This document shows, piece by piece, positions 1-12,897 of a DNA stretch of 64,000 nt; the first letter of the stretch is position 1, and each line of letters begins with the position of its first letter. Location: contig NC_135890.1 of assembly GCF_964194155.1 (NCBI RefSeq), positions 107,198,001-107,262,000 of the forward strand, read 5' to 3'. The notes under the pieces were generated by a model. That model was not told where the DNA came from and did not search any database. It saw only the letters and a list, made by a program, of their open reading frames with translations. This DNA comes from Cetorhinus maximus (taxonomy: Eukaryota). Made by a program: the position numbers and the translations under genes.

Positions 1-969
1 GCAATCATTGTTGATCTTTATATGGGGAATATTTGGCATGGCCCCTCCTATACAGTGAAACATTTTTGGAATTGCCCCATCAGCCATCTTATGGTCCCTG
101 TGAGTCAGGAGGTGAATTAGTACCGAATGAGAGATGAGCTTGGAGCTGTGTACTCATTAGGATCTCAACCAATATTAGTTTCACTCTTCAGAAGAATCTT
201 TAAGGTTAACAGTACATGCTTTTGACCAATGATCAACCAGGGTTGATGTAAAATGGTTCTGTACATCCTGGCACCGGCAACAAGAGAATCCCAGTGACCC
301 AGTGCACTGGGACTTTTGAAGATGATGATAATTTCCTGCTTCTGCCCCTTCTCATCACCCCCATCCTACTATCTGTCACGAAATGCAAACTGCAGATGGT
401 GTAACCATGGACCTCTTGCTTCCCACCCTTGCCCCTTCTTCACCTAACCTTCCACTTCTGATTTTGTGATTTCTGATACCCTAGAACTGCCCACTTACAC
501 AGCACAGCAGCCCAAGGAGCAAGAGAGAGAGCTGCAGCCACAGCACTGATGAAGAGGTCCTATCCACTTAACCTGGTGCTCAGATACTGCCGCTGTGCGC
601 AACTTTTAGAGGCCACTACAGATTTAGATCAGCATGTGGTGAGTCACCAGGCATGAGTGGCCTGCAAACAGGCCAGGGGCAAAGGATGGTTTGTTTGTCA
701 GCTTACTGGAGGGTGAGGTCACAGACAAGTGTTACTGCAGTCGACTTCGGTGAGGATCTCGATGGACAGCATACAGGAGAATACTAAGGGGCATGCACAC
801 TGAGGTACTGGGTACATTGGCTGGCCTGGAGCAGGAACACAGCCTTCCTATCACTGTCAGGGAACATGGAGGGGTCTGACACCAAGTTGGCAGATTTTAT
901 GGTGCAAAGCTTGCCCTCTCCGCAGCCACTACTCCATCTCTATCTCACGTTGCAGACCCAGGGTCACTG

Positions 970-2830
970 GCACAGAACCACAGAATTATTACGGTGTAGA
1001 AGGAGGCCATTTGGCCCATCGTGTCTGCACCGGCTCTCTGAGCATTTTAACTTAGTGCCAATCTCCTGCCTTTTCCCTGTAACCCTGCACATTGTTTCTA
1101 TTTAAATAATCATCCAATGCCCTCTTGAATGCCTTAATTGAACCTGCCTCCACCACTCTTCCAGGCAGTGCATTCACTGTATGAAGAAGTTTATTCTCAC
1201 CTCACATTTGCTTCTTTTGCAAAACACCTTAAATCTGTGCCCTCTGGTTCTCGATCCGTTAAGAACAGGGAACCGTCTCTCCCCATCTACTCTGTCCAGA
1301 CCCCTCATGATTTTGAAAATTTCTATCAAATCTCCTCTCAGCCTTCTCCTCTCCAAGGAAAACAGTCCCAACTTCTCCATTCTTTCCTCATAACTGAAGT
1401 GTCTCATCCCTGGAACCATTCCCGGTGCCTTAACAATTTTAAGTACCGACAGCTTATCCAATACCTCCTCCTTATCAATTTTAAACCCTTCTAGTGACTG
1501 AGTTTCCTCCTCTGTCACCATGGCCTGGGCAGCATCTGCCTCGTAGGTAAAGACAGATGCAACGTATTCATTTAACACCTCAGCCATGCCTCTTGCCTCT
1601 ATATGTAAATGCCCTTTTTGATCCCTAATTGGCCCTACTCCTCCTTTTACCACCCTTTTACTATTGGTGTGCTTATAGAATACTTTGGCATTTCCTTTTA
1701 GTTAGCTGCCAGTCTTTGTTCATTATCCCTCACTGCTTCTCATATTTGCTTTTACACATCCCTTCTGAACCTTCTGTATTCAGCTTGGTTCTCAGTTGTA
1801 TTTGCTGCCCGATACCTGTTGTAAGCACACTTTTTCTTCTTTAACCTAATTTCTATTTCCTTTGTCATCCAGGGAGCTCTGGATTTGTTTGTCCTACCCT
1901 TCCCTTTTGAGGGAACATGCCTTGACTGTGCCCAAACCTTCTCCTTTTTGAAGGTAGCCCATTGTTCAGCTCCTGTTTTTCCCACCAACCTTTGGTTCCA
2001 GTCCCTCTGGTCCAGCTCTGTTCTTGCCCCATTGAAGTCCATTCTCTGTCAGTTGATTATTCTTATTAGGTTTGACCAATGTCATTTTCCACCGTCATCC
2101 TAAACCTTATGATACAATGATCACTGTTCCTTAAATGTTCCCCCACTGTCACTTGATCTACTTGGCCCACCTCATTTCCAAGAACGAGGTCTAGCAGTGC
2201 CTCGTTTCTTGTTGGACTAGACACTTCGTGCTGCAGGAAATTGTCCTGAACACAATCTAGGAACGTTTGTCCCTCACTGCCCCTTACACTACCACTATCC
2301 CTGTCTATATACGGGTAATTAAAGTCCCCCATTTAATCTACTCTACGATGTTTTCAACTCTCTGTAATTTCCTTGCAGATTTGTTCCTCTATATCCTTCC
2401 CACTAGCTGGTGGTCTGTATATTACTCCGAGCAATGTAATTGCACCTTTCTTATTCCTTAGCTCTAGACAAAATGAGTCTGTCCTTGATTCCTCTGATAC
2501 AACCTCTTTCTGCAGTACTGCAATACTCTCATTCACCAAAAATCCTCCTCCTTTGTTCTCTTTCCTATCTTTTCTGAACACCTTCTAATCAGGAATATTT
2601 AACACCCAGATCTGCCATTCCTTAAGCCAGGTCTCCATTATCGCCACAACATCATAATCCAATAAGACAATCTGTGCCTGTACCTCCCCAATTTTATTAA
2701 CTATACGCCGTGCATTCACAAACGTGCAGTGTAACCCTGATTTTGTCTTCATTACTTGCTCCGTTACTCTGACTTCATCTATTAACTTAGTATTCTCTTT
2801 GTCTTTTCTTAATTCTATCAACATGGAGAA
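970..2830 (-). mobile_element. Degenerate CR1-clade LINE: APE endonuclease plus ORF2 C-terminus, RT core deleted
   Basis: ORF pieces NARRIVNK..DVVAIMETWL, GVIYRPP, MGDFNYP, LDLVL..SDH (APE) and YEERMEKLGLFSLERRRLRGDLIEIFKI..RTRGH (CR1 C-terminus), broken by frameshifts. Confidence 0.9.
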
Positions 2831-3606
2831 AGGGTAATCTTTTCATTTGTAAATTTAAACAGTATTTGCTATAACTGACACTGCTGTCCCCATACCTGTT
2901 GCAGCCTTTGTGTGGACAGGGCACCAAATCCTCCGTCTTCCCTGTCAGAATACAACAATACTCTGGAAAATCCAAGAATCCCAGAAACACTCCAGAGTAC
3001 CTCCAGACACTTTACAAATGCAGAAGTTCCTCATGTTAGCTTTCCTGCAACTTGGGTGCTTGGCCCTTCAAAGAATGCGAGTGCTAGACCCATTTTGTAT
3101 CTCTGCAACTGATGTTTGCAGGCTGCTGTATGAATATGTTGTCTGGGCCTGAGTGAACCAAATTCGATATCCCTGGTGTCACATCTGTAGTTAGACTGGG
3201 TGACAACAGGACAGCGTCGATTCACAGCTCACATGTAGGGGAAACCCTGGGTGTGCTCTTTTACGAATGGAACTCCGTACAGGAAGCAGCCGCAGCCAAA
3301 TGGTATATGGCATGACTAAAATGAATTCTATGCTCTTTGTGTTTGAAGTCTCTTGATAAGGCTCCTTGACATTGTCAGCAGCTGCCTCAATGCACTGAGG
3401 CTAATATCAGTCGGTCCCTAATCAGTCCTCAGTGCCTCAATCAGAGTTATTTCCTTAAAACTCTTGGTTCGGTTAAATCAAATGAAAATGGTTTCAGATG
3501 TTGATCGTGACGTAACATACATAGATTCACGGACAATTCACATTTACAAATTTTCACAAGGCAGAAACAACACAACAGCATTTAGATTTGTATCCAAAGA
3601 AACAAC

Positions 3607-3612
3607 TTTATT
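3607..3612 (-). terminator. Probable polyadenylation signal of ISG15-A1
   Basis: AATAAA on the minus strand followed by a GT-rich tract (tgttgtgttgttt). Conserved at 24990-24995. Confidence 0.55.
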
Positions 3613-4353
3613 TTCAAGTAACGTTGCACATTTCAATAAAATGAACAGCCCGGCACATAAATTCTGTTATTACAAAAGACTAAGCACACTGACTAAAGCA
3701 TTTATATATTGGACATCGACATCTACTCACATAAAGTAAGGTTAAAGGAATACTTGCAGAACATTTAGCATTATTGTTCATTATATACAGTTATTTTGGG
3801 CAAATTTCAGTGCATCACAAAAAGCGTCCCATTTCTCCATTTCTCATAACAACCACCTTGTGCCACACCCGAGTGGCAATAGAACCGAAAAGAATAATCC
3901 TCATGCTATGAGCGCACGTGCATCAGGTTAACACTGACACTCACACAACCTATTTCATAGAGGATATCCACAGACAGCAGGCTTGAGGGAGGTTGGGCCT
4001 AATCTGAATTTAGGTCCCAAAGTAAAATGTTTAGTAATCTTTGGCCTCATGTATAAAATAAAAATATTTTTCCATTGCTTCTTTCAAGGATACCCTCTGC
4101 TGCTTTGTCTGAAACATTCCATGTGGGCTATGAGTGCAGGCAGTGGCCTGCTTCGTAGACAGACACTAATATGTGCATGAACACCCCACTGTTATTAACA
4201 AGACAATCGAAGAGTGACAGTCAAAGTATCATTTACTTACTAACCGCGATGCTTAAACTCATAGAAATTGCATCAGTGGGAAAAAAACCAACAGATTTTT
4301 ATCGTAGTTTTTGTGTGATATCTAACACTCATTCCATATTGGTGCTGTCTTAG

Positions 4354-4821
4354 TTAACCACCTCGTAGACGTAGCATGAGGAAGATGGTGCTCTCAGGCT
4401 GAATATTGTAGTCGGCGAGTGTCCGACCATCCTCCAGCTGTTTCCCCTCGCACACCAGACGCTGCTGATTGGCTGGGACACCCTCCTGCTGTTGTACCCG
4501 TGCTCTAAAATCCCGAACAGACTCAGAGGGATGAACGTCATATGTAGATGTTTTCCCCTTGTCATTCTTCAGGAATATCTGCATGCACTCCTCGTTCTTG
4601 ACAATCAGCATGACCTCATGACTGGGAGAGACATTGTAGTCAGACAGCCTCCTGCTGTCCTGCAGCTCTTCAGTGTTTCCATTTTGCACCACCAGGCGCT
4701 GTCGGAAATGGGGCACCTTGGTTCTTTCATATATCATCTTCTTCAGAGCTGACACTTGGATGGAATGGTCAATATCAAGTTCAATAACCTCACCGGTCAT
4801 AAACTTCACCCGGAGTCTCAT
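4354..4821 (-). CDS. ISG15: ISG15-like di-ubiquitin protein, type A copy 1 (155 aa, ends LRLRGG-stop)
   Basis: Two tandem UBL domains ([17 protein letters not shown]; [32 protein letters not shown]). Single coding exon with acceptor ttcatttcttaacag 12 nt before the ATG. ISREs upstream. Confidence 0.92.
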   Translation of the reverse strand: MRLRVKFMTGEVIELDIDHSIQVSALKKMIYERTKVPHFRQRLVVQNGNTEELQDSRRLSDYNVSPSHEVMLIVKNEECMQIFLKNDKGKTSTYDVHPSESVRDFRARVQQQEGVPANQQRLVCEGKQLEDGRTLADYNIQPESTIFLMLRLRGG

Positions 4822-6393
4822 CTTGTCAAATTTCTGTTAAGAAATGAACAAGATATCAGTGACGGAGATGCTGTGTATTGTGTATCAGTCACATAATACT
4901 ATTTTGAACATGCAGTACATTGTCCAGACAATCATAGAATCTAGGGAACTAATGCATTGTGTAATCTGCACCTACTGTACTCCCAACTCAGTCAAACGCC
5001 TGTCAGTATTTTATTCCCTATCGGTGCAATGCTGCACACAAAGCCATGGACTGCTGCAAATACCGAGCAGCCAGCATCTATTGACAGATTAGAGCCTTTT
5101 GCACTTGATATATGAACTCTGTTTCTCTCTTCACAGATGCTGCTAGGTCTGTTGAGTTTTATCAGCATTTTCTGTTTTAATTCTTATTTTCTTCTGTTTG
5201 TACATTGGATTTCAGCATCGCTGCCAAGGCTAGCGTTTATTCCCCAAAATTAATTGCCCTTGTGAAGGTGGTGGTGAGCTGCCTTCTTAAACCGCTGCAG
5301 TGTGTATGTGGTATAGGTCCCACAAGATGCCTCACTTGCTTAAATACAACTTTGATGTTCAGGGCAGTCACTCTCACTTCTAGAATTTATCTGATCTGTC
5401 ACCTTTGGATCAAGTTGTAACGAGGTGTGGAACTCAGTGGTGGTCCTAGGAGAACCCAAAATGTGATGAGTTAACATTTCAGGTGTGAATCCTTTGTGGG
5501 AATTGGAAGATATAAAAATGATCCCACTCCTCACATGTTTCGCCGGCTCACCCACATTCCCATATCGGCAACATTTCGATGTCATGTCTGTTTTCCAGTT
5601 TGAATGAGGCAGAAACTAAGTTAGAAATATTTGTGCAACTTATATTCTGAATTTATGTTGGAGTATTGAAGCTATCGGGTATCTGCTGCGCACACAGTTG
5701 CAATACTCGGTTTTTGCCACAAGAGTGACCCAAGTAACGTGTAACATGAGCCGTGAATGAACGGGCTTCACTTGTGGGGAGCGCTGAACATTTAAACAGC
5801 CAACAGCAGAGTTCTCTAAACCAGGAACGATGAAACTGTTCTTCGTTGTGCAGAATTCCATCACAGCTTCGTTCGTTTTAGACACTGCACTCATGATGAA
5901 ATTAGATTTGTCAGGCTGCCCAAAACCTACATCTGCCCTGGGAATATAGGAATGATTTATCTCACTCACATCTCTCTGTTTAACTTTGGGTATATTCTCT
6001 TCCACTGTCGCCACATTGAGAGGATATTATTTTATCTTAAATTGACTGAGATTCAATATAACCCATTCGAGCTCCCAACATAAATTCACCCTCAAACGTA
6101 TCTTACTATATTGTTTTAAAAAAGCAATGACCCTTGTAATCTTAGTTAATGAATGTTTAATATATTATTTCGAATATTTGAACACCCCCGGTTAGAATAT
6201 CTGAGAACGGGTGTCACATAAACATTAGATCTGTGTCTCCAACAGGATTGAGTTTTTCAATGACTTTCTTTCCATTCTCACCGGGTTTTAATAATAATAA
6301 TTTATCAGAAATTGCATCTGAGATTCAGAACAAAGCAATTTCCACACCAGAAACAGAATATTGAAATTGCCCCGAAAGGCAGAATGAACTCAC

Positions 6394-6590
6394 AGTCCTT
6401 GCTGGAAGCACAGGTCCAGGAAAGTTCAGCTGCTGAATAATTTCTGATGCACTTTTTCTGCGCAGTTGGTCCTTTCTGTTTCCCTTCGCACCGACTCTCA
6501 GATCTGGACGGAGTATGTGAATCAAGCTCTTTGCTTCTGCTGCTCTGTATCTTGCTCTGTGCGTCTCTCCGTTAAACAACTCTGTCTGCG
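6394..6590 (-). other. Predicted non-coding exon 1 of ISG15-A1
   Basis: Donor ACT|gtgagt at 6394/6393, no ATG in the exon, homologous to exon 1 of the B copies, TATA-like ATAAAA at 6613-6618. The TSS is approximate. Confidence 0.65.
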
Positions 6591-6612
6591 CGCGTCTCCG
6601 GCTCCCTCCTCC

Positions 6613-6843
6613 TTTTATTCTCAGACCCGGTTTCCGAACGTCACAGCCCCGCTGTCCTCTGATTGTCGGAAATCCCCTGTTCTGTTATGAAATAAATGTG
6701 ATCGGAGCTGAAGTTTCGTTTTCCGAAAACATCCTCCCCCCCCCCCCCCCCCCCAGTGTCTGACAAATGATCTCTCAGCCAGCAGCAGAGCATTCTTGCT
6801 GATAACAGGAAATGGCCTCTGATCTGTTTCGTTTTCCATTTCC
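6613..6843 (-). promoter_or_regulatory. ISG15-A1 promoter: TATA-like box, kB site, two ISREs
   Basis: Minus strand: ATAAAA 6613-6618, TGACGT ~6638-6643, GGGGATTTCC 6668-6677, GGAAAACGAAACT 6712-6724, GGAAATGGAAAACGAAACA 6825-6843. Confidence 0.78.
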
Positions 6844-6989
6844 TTCAGTAACACAATGTAGAGCATCTTCAGCCGAAAGTGAGCCTGGAGGATTCGATGC
6901 TCTGTTGCCATCGGCCGTTTGAACAGCTGTTACTCTTAGAAATTTCATCTGGACCCAATGTTTTCTTTGAAAAACGATCTTTATTTTTA

Positions 6990-7790
6990 GGAGTGTGAGG
7001 TGATGCTTTTTGGGAGGACTAACACGGCAAGGGAATCCACAATGAATGGTAGGACCTTAGACAGTACAGAGGATCAGAGGGACCTTGGTGTACATGTCAA
7101 TAGATCCCAGAAGGCAGCAGCTCAGTAGATAAGGTGGTTAAGAAGGCATATGGGATGCTTGCCCTTGTTAGCCGAGGCATGGAACATAAGATTAGGGAGG
7201 TTATGTTGGAGTTGTATAAAACGCTAGTTAGACTACAGCTGGAGTAGTGTGTGCAGTTCTGGTCACCATCCATATGGGAAGGATGTGATTGCACTGGAGA
7301 GGGTGCAGAGGAGATTCACCAGGATGTTGCCTAGGCTGGAGCATTTCAGCTATTAAGAGAGACTGGATAGGCAAGGGTTGTTTTCCTTAGAGCAGACAAG
7401 ACTGAGGGGGGACCTGATAGAGGTATCCAAAATTATGAGGGGCATAGATAGGGTAGATAGGGAGAAACCTTTCCCCTTAGCAGAGGTATCAATAACCAGG
7501 GGGTATAGATTTAAGGTAAGGCGCAGGATGTTTAGAGGGGATCTGAGGGAAACCTTTTTCACCCAGAGGGTGGTTGTAATCTGGAACACACTGCCTGAGG
7601 GGGTGGTAGAGGTGGGAACCCTCACAACATTTAAAAAGTATTTAGATGGGCACTTGAAATTCCACAGCATACAGGGCTACAGGCCAAGTGCTGGAAAATG
7701 CGATGGGAAAAGTTAGGTGCTTGATGGCCAGAACAGACACGATGGGCTGATGTGCCTGTTTCCGTCTGTATAACTCTATGACTATCAAGC
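6990..7790 (+). mobile_element. 5'-truncated CR1 LINE 3' fragment
   Basis: FSLEQTRLRGDLIEVSKIMRG..TRG..FFTQRVV..WN, followed by a (ctatga)-type tail. Confidence 0.88.
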
Positions 7791-8819
7791 ACTCATTCTA
7801 ACTCAGACCCTATGATGAAAGGCACTTCCTGTGACACGCCAATATAAGGAAACAGGGAAGGGATTACAGTGATATGGCTGGTATAGCAGGATGGCATCTC
7901 CACATTGGCACCAGTGATGTAAATTATAAAATTCTTGATTTTTTACAGATTGAGGAGTGGGTACAAAAACTGAATTTGGACACACAGTGTCCTGTGTCCC
8001 GAGCAGTGATACGTAGATAAGTGCTTGATGGCTGGCACAGACACGATGGGCCGAAGGGCCTGTTTCTGTGCTGTATAACCACATGACGCTACGACTCTAA
8101 GACGGTACAGTATTTCTTGGGCGGCTGCCTGAGTTGAGTTGGTTTATGTGAGATTTGGGGAGAGTGAGAGAAGGTGAAGGTGAGGTTGATGAGACCTGAT
8201 TTGAATGGCAGAGCCAGTTCAAAGGACTAAGCCTCTACTCCTTCTGATGTTCTTGTTTGATTTGACAGTGCAGCAATATTGTAAAAAGCTTGTCAAATGA
8301 AAGATTGCTTCTATTCTGAACTGATAGTGAGGGTGATTGCAGATTGAACTACAGATCTAGAGCCAACCCAAAGGGGCAGTGGAGTCAGTTCTCCTCTTAA
8401 AAATTAAGTTAGACATTTTGGCTGAGATAATCATCTTAGTCTGATGTAGCATGTAACTGAGCTGGAGAGGCTCTCCATCAAAAGTGTGCCCTCAAAATGG
8501 CTGCTGTAATACCCTTTCCATGATCTTACTCTGATTTTCTTCCACCTTCTGGAAACAAATTAACTCTTGCAATTAAATGAAGCAAGGGAGTGGGGTCCCC
8601 ATATTTCCCTTTCTTTGTGCCCGGTTACCATCCCTGAAAATCAGCACCAGTTTACCAGTGGCAGTTCTTAACCGATCAGAGATGGGGAAGGTGAAGAGGA
8701 GAAAGGTGCTGGAGGCCAATCAGGATGAAGGTGCCGAGAAGTAAGGTGGGTCCAAACACCTCATGAGCATCAAATAGGCGCGAGCACTGATCCTTGCAGC
8801 ACCCGGCTAGTTACATCCT

Positions 8820-10150
8820 GCCAACCAGAAAATGGCCTGTTTATTGCTACTCTCTGTTTTCTGACCATTAACCGATTCTCAGTTCATGTAATATATTAGC
8901 CCTAATCCCATGAGCCCCAATCTTTTGAAATAAGCTCATTGACGGTAGCTTATTGAATGCCTTTGGATAATCCAATTAAAATAAATCCACTGGTTCCTCC
9001 TCATCTACCCTGCAACTCAGAACATCAACAAACCTCAACAAACTTTAACAAATGTATAGAACACAGTTTCCCTTTCATACACCCATGTTGACTTTGACCA
9101 ATCAAATTATGATTTTATAAGTGCCCTATTATCATGTCCCTAATAACAAATTGTCGCACATTCCTTTCTGTTGATGTCAGGCTAACTGGCCTATACTCCT
9201 TCCTGATTCTTTCTCCCTTCGTTTCTTGAATAGTGGGTTTATGTTTGATCCTCCCAATCCATGAGGAGTGTTTGAGTATCTATGGAATCCTGCAAGACCC
9301 AGTGTGCCCACTATCTCTGTAGCCAGATCTTTTACCCCCTATGAAGGCGGCGATGGGTCCAGGGAATCTGTTGCCTTTTCGTCCCATGAATTTCTCTCGT
9401 ACTTTTTTCAGGATACAATTAGATTAATCCTGGGGATTTTAATTTTCATAGCGACTGGATGAAATAAATCTGCTGTAGTAATGTGGGGGATAAGGTTATA
9501 GAATGCAGTCAAAAATATTTTCTAGATCAGTGTCAGCAACCAGCCACAAGGAGAGGTCCCTAATTCTGGCAGTAGATAGGGAACACAATCTTGGGGACTC
9601 CTGGGTGTGGCTCCAGAGAACAGTATCCATCCCTCTGATTATACTGTCCTCTGCCATTACCACATTCCTTCCCCACAGCTTGGCCTCAACATAAATGGCC
9701 TCATGTATCATGGTTCTGTGGTCAGTTTTCTCATCCACCAGATTTTTTTATCATTCAGACAGGCAGCAGGAAGCCCATGCCTGTTAGATAAGGACAATGG
9801 CTGAGGTCCCCTGCACTGCACGATTGTGCTACGCTGTCTATGTTCCTATTTTCTTATCCGCCTTGTGTCTCCTTACTAACCTGACCCGCAGCCACACCCT
9901 CCTGTCCCTGACCACTATTTAGACACTATGGGGCACTACGTAACCTAAGGAGTGTGACTGCCTCTTGGATGAAGTGTCCAGCTAACAGTCTTCCTCCCTA
10001 ATGCCCCACAATGCCTGCATCTCGGATTGAAGCTCGACAAGTCGGAAGTTGAACTTCCTTGAGGTTCAGACACTCACTGTGGATGTGGTTGTCAGCAATT
10101 GCAATGCTGTCCACAAACTCCCACATGCTGCTTTTGTTGCAAAGTACCTG
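8820..10150 (-). mobile_element. Old CR1-type LINE fragments (RT remnant and ORF1 esterase-like remnant)
   Basis: VVMAEDSIIRGMD..LCSLSTARIRD resembles the GDSIVRG..CLPGARVRD motif of CR1 ORF1. RT remnants lie at 8820-9360. Repeated at ~30150-31480 and ~62520-63850. Confidence 0.6.
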
Positions 10151-10936
10151 CAATTCCATCACTATCTACCCAGTTTTATTTATTTCATTAATTAACATTT
10201 ATGCATTTAAACAACTTAGCTTATTTTGTTAACCTTTACGATATAGCTTTAAGTGATTGGTATATTGATATTTATCTGTAAATTACCCATTTCCTCCCCA
10301 TGCTGTGATGTCACTTTGTGAATGCAACAAAGCCCTGAGTTTACCAGCACTTCTGGCCATTTATGAAGCAGTCATTGGCACCATTCCCAAAAAAAAACAC
10401 AACTGCTTTGATTTGAAAGCCTCTTGTTGAATCCTTTGGCTGCATTGAGTTTCTGGAATGTCTCAGTCACCAGGGTGTCCCTGACATTATGCCACACCTC
10501 CAGCTTTGCATTGCAATGTGGGTGTGGTCTCTCATGATTCAGCCTTAGCACTGCATGAGAAACCACCGTCTCCACTAGCTGCATGAGATATATGCTCACG
10601 AAACAATGATCTGTTAAAGCCTGTGCCCTGATATCTTTGTGTTTGGTTCCTTCACCAAGGAAGAGGTTTCTGTCCCCTCCAGGGAGAGAAAACTGTTTCC
10701 CTGTCATTTCCTCCCAGTTCTGTCTGCTCCCTGGTGCACCGTGAACCACTGACTGATAAGCTTCCACCTCAGTAATTCCCTTGTCTCAAGTAAGTGCATC
10801 GGGACAGGTGTTTGAATAAGCAAGTTGTCTCTTGGAAGTTTCTAGTATTCCAAACTGGAATAATTAGAAAAGCATATTTTCTTAATTATTAAATGTGACC
10901 AGTGTGAACTTAATTTTTGTACAAATTGCTGCCTTA

Positions 10937-11044
10937 GTCTCAGAATGACAAAATCACACAGCGCAGAAGAGGCCCTTTGGCCCATTGAGTCTACACCGAC
11001 ATGGGAGAAATGCCCGACCTACCCACCTAATCCCATTTACCATA
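10937..11044 (-). mobile_element. Short CR1-type 3' tail insertion specific to unit 1
   Basis: Unit 2 shows the empty site (gctgccttaattaatattc, ~32266-32284). The insert contains the gggccaaagggcctcttctgcgctg 3'-end motif. Confidence 0.7.
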
Positions 11045-12429
11045 ATTAATACTCTTAGTTGATCGCTCAGTAAAGAATCAATACAGACATGATTAGCCAA
11101 TAGTTCTGTGTTGTAAATCTTTATCGTTCTCACAAAAACCTGAGTATTTGATATTTTTACCCAAAGCTGTGATGCTGTGAGAACCATTGAGATTGTCCAG
11201 TCTGAGCATGTGCAGACTGAATGTTTTGGTACAATTTGTTGATCGGCTCGCCGGCTGCCTCCGTTCCTGATCCCATCAGGGCCTAAAAATCCTGCCCCGA
11301 TTCTCTAACATATCATGTTAAATGCCACAGAAGATCAACCGGTACAATATAATTAATATAATTAAACAGTGGAAAATATGGGCTGGTGATCTGGGCTGGT
11401 GTGATTCTTCAATATTGTCCATAGGTGTCTCATTCATAGCTGATTCTCCCATCAACACTTGTTAGGGTAAATGATCATAACCTAGGTTTAAATATGCATC
11501 CCGGATGGAATGCAGGGAACGCCACAGACAATACAGACAGATAGAAACACACATTCCAATTTTTATTAAAATGGACAACTTTACTTTCAAATCACATTGG
11601 GTATTTTGGCAAACACAATGTGCAGGCCTGACATCCTCTGCTCTTACACAACACTAAGCACCCAGATTAAAGCATTTCAATGTTAAACACATACAATTCT
11701 CCAAGAACACATTAAGGTTAAAGCAATTACTTGTAGATGACCTTAAGTCATTTTAAAATGAAGCTGGAAGACACTCATTGTTGATCCTTTGGAATTTTTG
11801 GCATGGCCCCTCCTATTCAGTGAAAGAGCTTTGGAATTGCCACATCAGCTAACTAATGGTCCCTGAGAGTGAGAAGGTGGATTCGTACTGAATGAGAGGC
11901 AAGTTTGGAGCTGTGGATCAGGGACTGGATCATTATTGGCCTAAATCTTCAGTAGAATTTTGAAGAGTAACAGAACATACTTTTGACCAATGATCGGCCA
12001 GGATTGATGTGAATCAAAGTATCACGAGTCAATGATCAGAATGGAACACGTTGCATTAGCAGTCCCCCCGAATCCTTCTATATTGTTAATTAAGTTGCTG
12101 ACCCTTGTAAAATTGTGTCCAATGTTTTGTACCTGCATCTTTCCTCAGGTGAGAATGCAGGAAGGTGACCTGCACCCAGGCCTCAGTTGGTATCATTTCC
12201 TAGCCAAACATTATCTGTTGAATAAACTTCCTGTTGTTATGGGAACTGGGGCAGACAGGAATAAGATTCAAAAGTATCATGGACAAGTCAGTTACTGTGC
12301 AACCTGGGACTCTTACCAACTGCAGCTGAGAAAACAGGAGTATATGAAAAAATTGATCAATTGAGGCACTATAAATAATTTACTTCTGTAATAGCTAGAG
12401 TTCATGGTATAAACCGCTGCAAGTGCAGG

Positions 12430-12897
12430 TTAACCACCTCGTAGACGGAGCATGAGGAAGATGGTGCTCCCAGGCTGAATATTGTAATCGGCGAGTGTCC
12501 GACCATCCTCCAGCTGTTTCCCCTCGCAAACCAGACGCTGCTGAGTGGCTGGGACACCCTCCTGCCGTTGTACTCGTGCTCTAAAATCCTGAACAGACTC
12601 AGAAGGAAGAACGTCATATGTAGATGTTTTCCCCTTGTCATTCTTCAGGAATATCTGCATCCGCTCCTCGTTCTTGACAATCAGCATGACAGCATCGCTG
12701 GGAGAGACATTGTAGTCACACAGCCTCTTGTTATCCTTCAGCTCCACAGTGCTCCCATTTTGCACCACCAGGCGCTGTTGGAAATAGGGCACATTGGCTT
12801 TTTTGTATATCATCATCTTGAGAGCCGAGATTTGGATGGAAGGGTCAACATCAAGTTCAATATCTTCACCGGTCAAAAACCTCACCTGGAGCCTCAT
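12430..12897 (-). CDS. ISG15: ISG15-like di-ubiquitin protein, type B copy 1 (155 aa, ends LRLRGG-stop)
   Basis: ATG at 12897 (the ORF track starts earlier at a TTG), acceptor ctcttaacag 12 nt upstream, two UBL domains, LRLRGG-TAA. Confidence 0.92.
   Translation of the reverse strand: MRLQVRFLTGEDIELDVDPSIQISALKMMIYKKANVPYFQQRLVVQNGSTVELKDNKRLCDYNVSPSDAVMLIVKNEERMQIFLKNDKGKTSTYDVLPSESVQDFRARVQRQEGVPATQQRLVCEGKQLEDGRTLADYNIQPGSTIFLMLRLRGG

Noticed and set aside
4354-4821. Polyubiquitin or FAT10 (UBD) instead of ISG15
   Set aside because: The domains are far from ubiquitin identity and there is no internal GG. LRLRGG, the ISREs and the single coding exon favour ISG15, though orthology needs a tree.
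6325-6579. ORF across exon 1 as an N-terminal extension of ISG15-A
   Set aside because: It has a non-ATG start and there is no ATG in the predicted exon, so it is treated as 5' UTR.
10372-10767. 131-aa ORF conserved in both units (also 31696-32091)
   Set aside because: Conservation is explained by the duplication. It has a non-ATG start and no recognisable domain.
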